DNA from: Proteromonas lacertae
Lineage: Eukaryota
Length of the DNA: 20,178 nt
NCBI GenBank assembly: GCA_002245135.1
Contig: NGBS01000618.1
Span: 62,001-82,178 of the forward strand
Reading direction: 5' to 3'
The translations under genes and the position numbers were made by a program. The stretch's first letter is position 1; each line of letters opens with the position of its first letter. Under the pieces are notes generated by a model that saw nothing but the letters and a program-made list of their open reading frames with translations, ran no database searches and was not told where the DNA came from. Shown here piece after piece: positions 11,906-17,733 of this stretch.

Positions 11906-12327
11906 CTAAACCATTAAAATTACTACGCACATCCTCACATATCTGATTTTTCTGTACACTTTTTTCTGACTTTATATTTACAGAAGATCATTATATTTTC
12001 TACACTGTTTGTAAATCATGCACTTTATTTTACAGATTAAAACTGTAGACTTCAGATTTATAATATGATTTACTATCAGACTGATTAAGTTGCTTCTAAA
12101 TTTGCTGATCTACTTTCATATAAAATTATACTTTAAGTGAATACTGTAAAATTCATACTGCTCTTTTTTGGCTATCATTGTGTTTATTAGATAATTAGCC
12201 TTGCAATTACTAAACATCTCTTTTGTTTGATTATCAAAGAATTCATTTTTATAATTCAAAAAATGAGCATTATTAGCAGACATGTAAAATATAAATATGT
12301 AAATCAAATGAGATATATGTATAACCG

Positions 12328-12432
12328 TAAGAATATCACTGTAGGTGGGTAACCCGTACCAGACTATTCTTAGGTGCCTTCTACAGGTAAGAATAAGCGA
12401 TTTGAGTGTAAATTAGTTTTTGGTACGGGTTA
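12328..12432. other. GC-enriched nested stem-loop element (structured RNA or terminal/origin DNA hairpin)
   Basis: Perfect 12-bp stem taacccgtacca (12350-12361)/tggtacgggtta (12421-12432) enclosing tattctta (12365-12372)/taagaata (12388-12395) and cct/agg; an alternative partner taagaata lies at 12328-12335. Confidence 0.6.
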
Positions 12433-12576
12433 TACTGGAGGAAGCGGTGAATTTAAATTTCTTTATATATTTTAGTGTATGAGTTATTTTATGGGTTAAA
12501 ATTTTTCTTTTGTTTTTTGTATATAATTTCATTTAACTTTTTCTTATTGTTTTTTATCAATCATAATTTCAAAAGA

Positions 12577-12918
12577 ATGTCAAGAATTTGGATCGAGAAT
12601 GTTAATATAGAAGATAGAAATAAGCGTGAAGATGAAGACTTTGAAAGAATCTATGCAATCATTGAAAGTGAAGTAGCTAGAATAGTAGCTGAGCCACCTC
12701 CAGTAGTAATGTGGTATACTTCTGATACAGCTGATGAGGATGATAGAAAGTATGAAGAATGGCGTGCAATTCATAAACCAACCAGAGTAGCACAAGCAAC
12801 CATACGCCCTAGAAAATGGGTTGATCCTGAAGAAGAGCGCAGAAAAACAAAGATGTTAAAGCGTTATGGTATTGATGAAAAAAACATCATTGAAGAAAGA
12901 CTAAGATTTCATAACTAA
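12577..12918 (+). CDS. Element accessory ORF1, 113 aa, charged hypothetical protein
   Basis: ATG at 12577 is in frame with track ORF 12475-12918 (the upstream part is T-rich and non-coding-like); ends GIDEKNIIEERLRFHN. Confidence 0.7.
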   Translation: MSRIWIENVNIEDRNKREDEDFERIYAIIESEVARIVAEPPPVVMWYTSDTADEDDRKYEEWRAIHKPTRVAQATIRPRKWVDPEEERRKTKMLKRYGIDEKNIIEERLRFHN

Positions 12919-13046
12919 TTCTTAAATCATTGGTTTTAATTGAATTTTTGTTATTTGATTGGCTGAATAGAAATAAACATAATATTACATAATTCTTTTC
13001 ATTCATAAATTTCTTGCGATTTTTGAAATAATCTACATAAATTAAA

Positions 13047-13634
13047 ATGAGTGATATACAAAACGAATTAGATGCTAATATTGAAAAACACTTACAAGAA
13101 GGTGAAATGTATGAGAATGATATGTCTGAAGTAAAATCATTAATTATTAAAGTATTCAAGGATATGTTGGATGGTATGTATTCTGTGATTGAAGAGTATG
13201 AAGATGATCCAGAATGGAGTGAACAACCAGGTGATGATATTGATATAACAATGGAAGAAGAAGAAGAAGTGAAGGAAGAAAAACAAAGCGAATCTAAACC
13301 TAAAAAAAGAAAGGATATAACAAAGTTAGATCCAGATTCACAGATATGTAGTACTTGTGGTAAGAAGAAAGCTAATGATGAATTTGGTTATAAGAGTGAA
13401 GGTGTATTCTATAAATCTTGTACAGAGTGTAGAAATAAGAAGAAGAGAAGATATGAAGAAGTAAAGAAAGGAAGTGATAATAGTGGAGAAGATAAGAAGC
13501 GTAAAGTAGAGAATAGTTCCACTGCCGAGGGTCGACCAAAGGTAGATATTGCTAAAGTAGATTGTTCTACAAGTCCTATCCCGGGGGTAGCTACAGTAGA
13601 TCTAACTACATCACCTACTTGTATAATTAATTAA
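13047..13634 (+). CDS. Element accessory ORF2, 195 aa, acidic N-terminus plus C4 zinc finger and basic NLS-like segments
   Basis: CSTCGKKKANDEFGYKSEGVFYKSCTECRNKKKRR (CxxC...F...CxxC); KPKKRK and KKRK clusters. Confidence 0.75.
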   Translation: MSDIQNELDANIEKHLQEGEMYENDMSEVKSLIIKVFKDMLDGMYSVIEEYEDDPEWSEQPGDDIDITMEEEEEVKEEKQSESKPKKRKDITKLDPDSQICSTCGKKKANDEFGYKSEGVFYKSCTECRNKKKRRYEEVKKGSDNSGEDKKRKVENSSTAEGRPKVDIAKVDCSTSPIPGVATVDLTTSPTCIIN

Positions 13635-13698
13635 CTTTTGGTTTAAAATTCATTTTTATATTTCTATGCGTTTTTATATATAAATAATTTCACATAAT

Positions 13699-14082
13699 AT
13701 GCCATATAATACATCTATAGTTATGTTAGGTGATATGAAAGATACTTTAAATGGTTTGAAACAAGAACTGTATATTTTATTAGGTTGTGTAGTTCTATGG
13801 GTTCTTTATAAATGCAAGAGAATATGTGCGTGGTGTTATCATAAAGCCTGTCCTCCAGAATTAAGTGAAATATTAGCTGAGCCAGAACCTGCTGTTCAAT
13901 TAGCATTAAGAAAATCTACTATTGTTTCTGCTATTCCATTTACTTTAACACCTGAAAATAGTAGAATAAATTCTAGAAATGTTAGTGATAACGAAGATGA
14001 AGAGCAATTAGAAACAGAAATAGAAATTATTCCTATTAATAAACCTGAGATTGAAATTCAAAAACCAATCATAAATATTTAA
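13699..14082 (+). CDS. Element accessory ORF3, 127 aa, small single-pass membrane protein with a juxtamembrane Cys/basic cluster
   Basis: Hydrophobic LYILLGCVVLWVLY followed by KCKRICAWCYHKACPP and an acidic tail. Confidence 0.7.
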   Translation: MPYNTSIVMLGDMKDTLNGLKQELYILLGCVVLWVLYKCKRICAWCYHKACPPELSEILAEPEPAVQLALRKSTIVSAIPFTLTPENSRINSRNVSDNEDEEQLETEIEIIPINKPEIEIQKPIINI

Positions 14083-14265
14083 TTTTATATATAGTCTTTT
14101 TTTTCGTATTTGATTTTTGAAAGTTATTTTTTGTACCCCCTTAAATATTACATAAAGAAAAACCGTTTTTTTTTCATTCACACTTTTCTTACTCATTTTC
14201 AGTATTTTATATTTTTCATTTTTTTACTTTAATAGAAAATTAATTATTCAATCATTCAATCAAAA

Positions 14266-15435
14266 ATGCCAGCAGACAGAGTCAAACAACCAACCAATTC
14301 AGAATTATGCTCCCAGCTCCCATTAAAGGGACAGGCTTATGAGTTCTATCAGAAAGTGAGTCGTAACATCCAGCATTTAAAGACATTTTGCGACGAAATG
14401 TATATTCAAAGTTTGGCTTATGATGACAGCAAAAAATCAAAGAAAAAACAAAGTCCACCACAATTCAACTATATCGAATTAGAGAAGTCAGCTACAGCAG
14501 TTTATTATTGCTTTTCATGTAAGTTTGATAATCAGAAGTTAATTCCCATTAAACATCTAGAGACATTAGATCAAAATGAGTATATGAATTTATACTTTAG
14601 TGACGATGAGATGAAGAGTATAGTAAAACCAAATGTAAAACCGATTAAACCTTTTATTCAACCTCAGTTAAAACAACAACAACCACAACAAGAACCACCA
14701 CCACCAACTGTACCTCAAAAACCTAAAAGAGTTTATAAAAGAAGAACTGATACTGTAAAGAAACCTAAAACAAAAGCAGTTATTGATAGTGATGATGAAT
14801 TAATTCATTTAAAGAAAAGAAAGATTGTTAAGGATTCTGATTTTGTTGATGAACCAATGGGTATAATTGTGAAAGATACTGAATCAAGAACATCTGCTGA
14901 TGATTTATTAAGTAGCCAAAGTCCTACCTTTACACCTCCAATGTCACCAAGGTCTGATACTACACTTCTTGATGTTACTGATATTGATATGCTGGATGCT
15001 GAATTGAAATATTTTAATGCTGAATTAACTAAAAAAGATGAAGAAAAACAAAAAGAGATAGAAGAGAAAATTAAACATCAAGATACAGAGAGAAAGAAAC
15101 AAGAAGATGAAGAAAAAAAGAAAAAACAACAAGAAGAAGAAAGAGTTAGAAAAGTACAAGAAGAAGCAGAGAGAAAAAGAAAACAAGAAGAAGCAGAAAA
15201 GAAAAGAAAAGAAGAATTAGTGGTTATTAGAATGCTTCAAGAAGAAGAGAATATGAGACAACAAGAAGAGTTAAGAAAGAAATGGGTATTAGAACAAAAG
15301 AGACAAATGGAAGAAAAGATGAAAAAAGAAAACGATGAATTAGAAAAGAAAATGGAAGAAGAGTTTAAGAAGAGAATAGAAGAAGAGAAAAGAAAGAAAG
15401 CTGAAGAGTTTGAGAAGATAATGAAGAACTTATAA
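14266..15435 (+). CDS. Element accessory ORF4, 389 aa, small N-terminal domain, Pro/Gln-rich linker and long E/K/R-rich coiled-coil (charged single alpha-helix-like) C-terminus
   Basis: QQQPQQEPPPPTVP; KKRK; about 130 aa of EEEKKKKQQEEERVRK-type repeats. Confidence 0.75.
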   Translation: MPADRVKQPTNSELCSQLPLKGQAYEFYQKVSRNIQHLKTFCDEMYIQSLAYDDSKKSKKKQSPPQFNYIELEKSATAVYYCFSCKFDNQKLIPIKHLETLDQNEYMNLYFSDDEMKSIVKPNVKPIKPFIQPQLKQQQPQQEPPPPTVPQKPKRVYKRRTDTVKKPKTKAVIDSDDELIHLKKRKIVKDSDFVDEPMGIIVKDTESRTSADDLLSSQSPTFTPPMSPRSDTTLLDVTDIDMLDAELKYFNAELTKKDEEKQKEIEEKIKHQDTERKKQEDEEKKKKQQEEERVRKVQEEAERKRKQEEAEKKRKEELVVIRMLQEEENMRQQEELRKKWVLEQKRQMEEKMKKENDELEKKMEEEFKKRIEEEKRKKAEEFEKIMKNL

Positions 15436-15575
15436 GTATTAATATATATACTTTAAATTTGTCTGGTTTATGCTTTAATCCATATACTTGAAAAAGCACT
15501 TTGAATTCAGTACTTTGATAAAAATTGGTGTTTGTTTAATATGTAAAAAAATAACATAAATAAAAAACATAAAAA

Positions 15576-16736
15576 TTATACGAAATCATTAAATAGCGAA
15601 TTTTTCTTATATACTCTACCATATCTACTTTTTCTACCTTCTGGTACTGGTTGAATATCTGGTTCTATAGGTTGTGCTTCATTGTTTATACTATGAATTT
15701 GTCTTAATCTAAACTTGCCATTTGTTGTAATACTATTAACTGGTACTCTTTTTATTTCATGTGATTTGAATCTATATGAACCTATATCTCTAGGATTGAA
15801 TTCTTTAGGTATTGTTCCATCCAAGTTCTTAACAGAATATGAAAACGGTCCAACTTTGTGTATTTGGTATACTTTATCAGTATAATAAGTAGTTTTTTGA
15901 AGTTTGTTATCTCTACGTTCTTTTATTCTGACAAAATCATCAGCTTTAAAATGAGTATCACTTTTACGCTTCTTTAAGTTTCTAGCATGGGATTCTTTAT
16001 ACAATCTATCTTGGACTTCAAAATCATTGAATACTTCATTTGGAGTTAGATTATTGAGTGCAGAATGTGGTTTTGCATTGTAATCATCTACAACAGTATA
16101 TACTATATTACACAATGATTCAATATTGTTAATTTTATCAAATTCTTCATCAGACAATGTATTAATTTTTCTATAAAACATATCTTTAATAGTTCTCACA
16201 CATCGATCCAATATTTTCATTATATTATGTTCATTACGTTCTTTAAGTATAAATCGTATATGATTTTTGTTAAACAAATCTAAAAATTTCTTACCATAGA
16301 TAATACCAGACTCTTCATCTGACAATATACTTCCTACAAAACGAGCGTTTTCATCCTTAGGTTGCATACCCTGATAAAACCATTTTTCAAACACTGGATA
16401 TACATCATTTTCTGATTTAGATTTAACATAATATATCCAACACTTACGACTAACAACTTCTATAATTAACAAAAATGGAACTTTTGTATTGTTGAAAAAC
16501 ACCAAATCTATTTGATATGACCCAGGTAACTTTTCAATTTCATATTTAATTCTATTCCTTTTAGTTGCAGTGATTTGATAATCTGGTTTAGACTCTACAA
16601 GTTCACTACTAGCTTTTTTAATGTCAGATTTTTTAAAGTTATTCTCAAGTTCATTTACAGAGAAATTAATAAAGTCTCGTTTGTTTAAATAACCATATGT
16701 TTTGTATAACTCATTTATTTTATCTTGTAGTGACAT
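15576..16736 (-). CDS. Retroviral-type (rve) integrase of Polinton/Maverick type, 386 aa
   Basis: PGSYQIDL (D77), FLLIIEVVSRKCW..VKSKS, ILSDEE (D140), ILDRCVRTIK (D177), YNAKPHSALNNLTPNEV, FKADDFVRIK...VYQI...SYSVKNLDG C-terminal beta-barrel; no chromodomain seen. Confidence 0.92.
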   Translation of the reverse strand: MSLQDKINELYKTYGYLNKRDFINFSVNELENNFKKSDIKKASSELVESKPDYQITATKRNRIKYEIEKLPGSYQIDLVFFNNTKVPFLLIIEVVSRKCWIYYVKSKSENDVYPVFEKWFYQGMQPKDENARFVGSILSDEESGIIYGKKFLDLFNKNHIRFILKERNEHNIMKILDRCVRTIKDMFYRKINTLSDEEFDKINNIESLCNIVYTVVDDYNAKPHSALNNLTPNEVFNDFEVQDRLYKESHARNLKKRKSDTHFKADDFVRIKERRDNKLQKTTYYTDKVYQIHKVGPFSYSVKNLDGTIPKEFNPRDIGSYRFKSHEIKRVPVNSITTNGKFRLRQIHSINNEAQPIEPDIQPVPEGRKSRYGRVYKKNSLFNDFV

Positions 16737-16805
16737 TCAAACAATATATATAAAAAATATGAATGATATATATTTAAAGAATTAATGAATTAAAATATAA
16801 TTAAA

Positions 16806-17573
16806 TCATTCTTCTACCTCTCCCAAATCCTTATCACTTAAAGCGTTACCAAAGTTAATAGACTTAGCAGCACTAATAAAACCATTACTAATTACTTTCT
16901 TAGCAGGGAATGGTCTACGAGTACTAATTAAATCACTATCTTCTATCTTAGTTCTCTTAATTCTTGGAGGTGAAACAAATTTGTTTTGATTAGCTTGTTC
17001 TTTCTTAATTTTCTTCTCATTACTTCTTCTAATAGTTGTAGCTAAATCAGGATTTTCATCATAACCAACAATATCACTACAAACTCTATGATTAACAAAG
17101 TTTTGAGTACCATTACTCTTAATAGAGATTTGATTATCAACAACACTTACAGCAATTTTACTACCAACATCAACATCAGATGGAACTCTATAGTTACTAT
17201 TATCCCATATCATAATAGAATTGAAATTGTGGAAGTATTTAATACCATGTTGAGGTTCTCTACATCCTACACTAATCAAATATCCACGAATGATTTTTTC
17301 TATAAAGTCATTCTCGTTTCTATCATAAATTTGTTTCAATACATATTTCACTTCATCAGCTGAATATGTTTCAAAATCTCTTCCATTATTAATTACAACT
17401 TTATGATCCAAATCATGAACAAAAGTAATCAATACATATTGACTAGTTTTAGTAGGCTTAACTGTAATACTCTCAACAGTTCCTTTAATAATCCACTTGT
17501 TACATAACTTTGGATTCTTGTAGTAATCACTGAATTCTACATCTGTAGCTTCATAGGGTGTTTCGTTACTCAT
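16806..17573 (-). CDS. 255-aa protein, putative OB-fold single-stranded nucleic-acid-binding protein with a basic disordered tail
   Basis: KWIIKGTVESITVKPTKTSQYVLITFVHD ... SIMIWDN...DVDVGSKIAVSVVDNQISIK matches the OB-fold strand pattern with a helical insertion. The ORF is solid; the fold is inferred. Confidence 0.55.
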   Translation of the reverse strand: MSNETPYEATDVEFSDYYKNPKLCNKWIIKGTVESITVKPTKTSQYVLITFVHDLDHKVVINNGRDFETYSADEVKYVLKQIYDRNENDFIEKIIRGYLISVGCREPQHGIKYFHNFNSIMIWDNSNYRVPSDVDVGSKIAVSVVDNQISIKSNGTQNFVNHRVCSDIVGYDENPDLATTIRRSNEKKIKKEQANQNKFVSPPRIKRTKIEDSDLISTRRPFPAKKVISNGFISAAKSINFGNALSDKDLGEVEE

Positions 17574-17658
17574 TTTATATAAGGGAGAGATGAAAATAAA
17601 AAATGATTAAAAAATGTCAAGAAAAATGAAAATGAAAATTTCTTTTTATTTTTAAAGT

Positions 17659-17688
17659 CGACCAATCAAATCATCCGACCAATCAAAT
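17659..17688 (+). promoter_or_regulatory. Duplicated CCAAT-box motif (cgaccaatcaaat x2) in the divergent promoter between the OB-fold ORF and PolB
   Basis: 13-bp direct repeat at 17659-17671 and 17676-17688; the core ccaatcaaat also occurs reversed at 12953-12962, upstream of ORF2. Confidence 0.6.
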
Positions 17689-17733
17689 TTCATATTTCCA
17701 TTTTTGATTTATTTCTCGAATTCTGTCTATATA

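Noticed and set aside
12365..12432. HDV-like ribozyme topology (P1 tattctta/taagaata, P3 cct/agg, loop ct able to pair with following ag)
   Set aside because: The loop is too short, there is no G at the cleavage position, and there is no convincing catalytic C or P2 3' strand; kept only as a generic structured element.
12475..12576. Phe-rich N-terminal extension of ORF1 as a signal peptide or TM segment
   Set aside because: It starts at GTG and translates a T-rich intergenic tract like those upstream of the other element ORFs; ATG 12577 is the likelier start.
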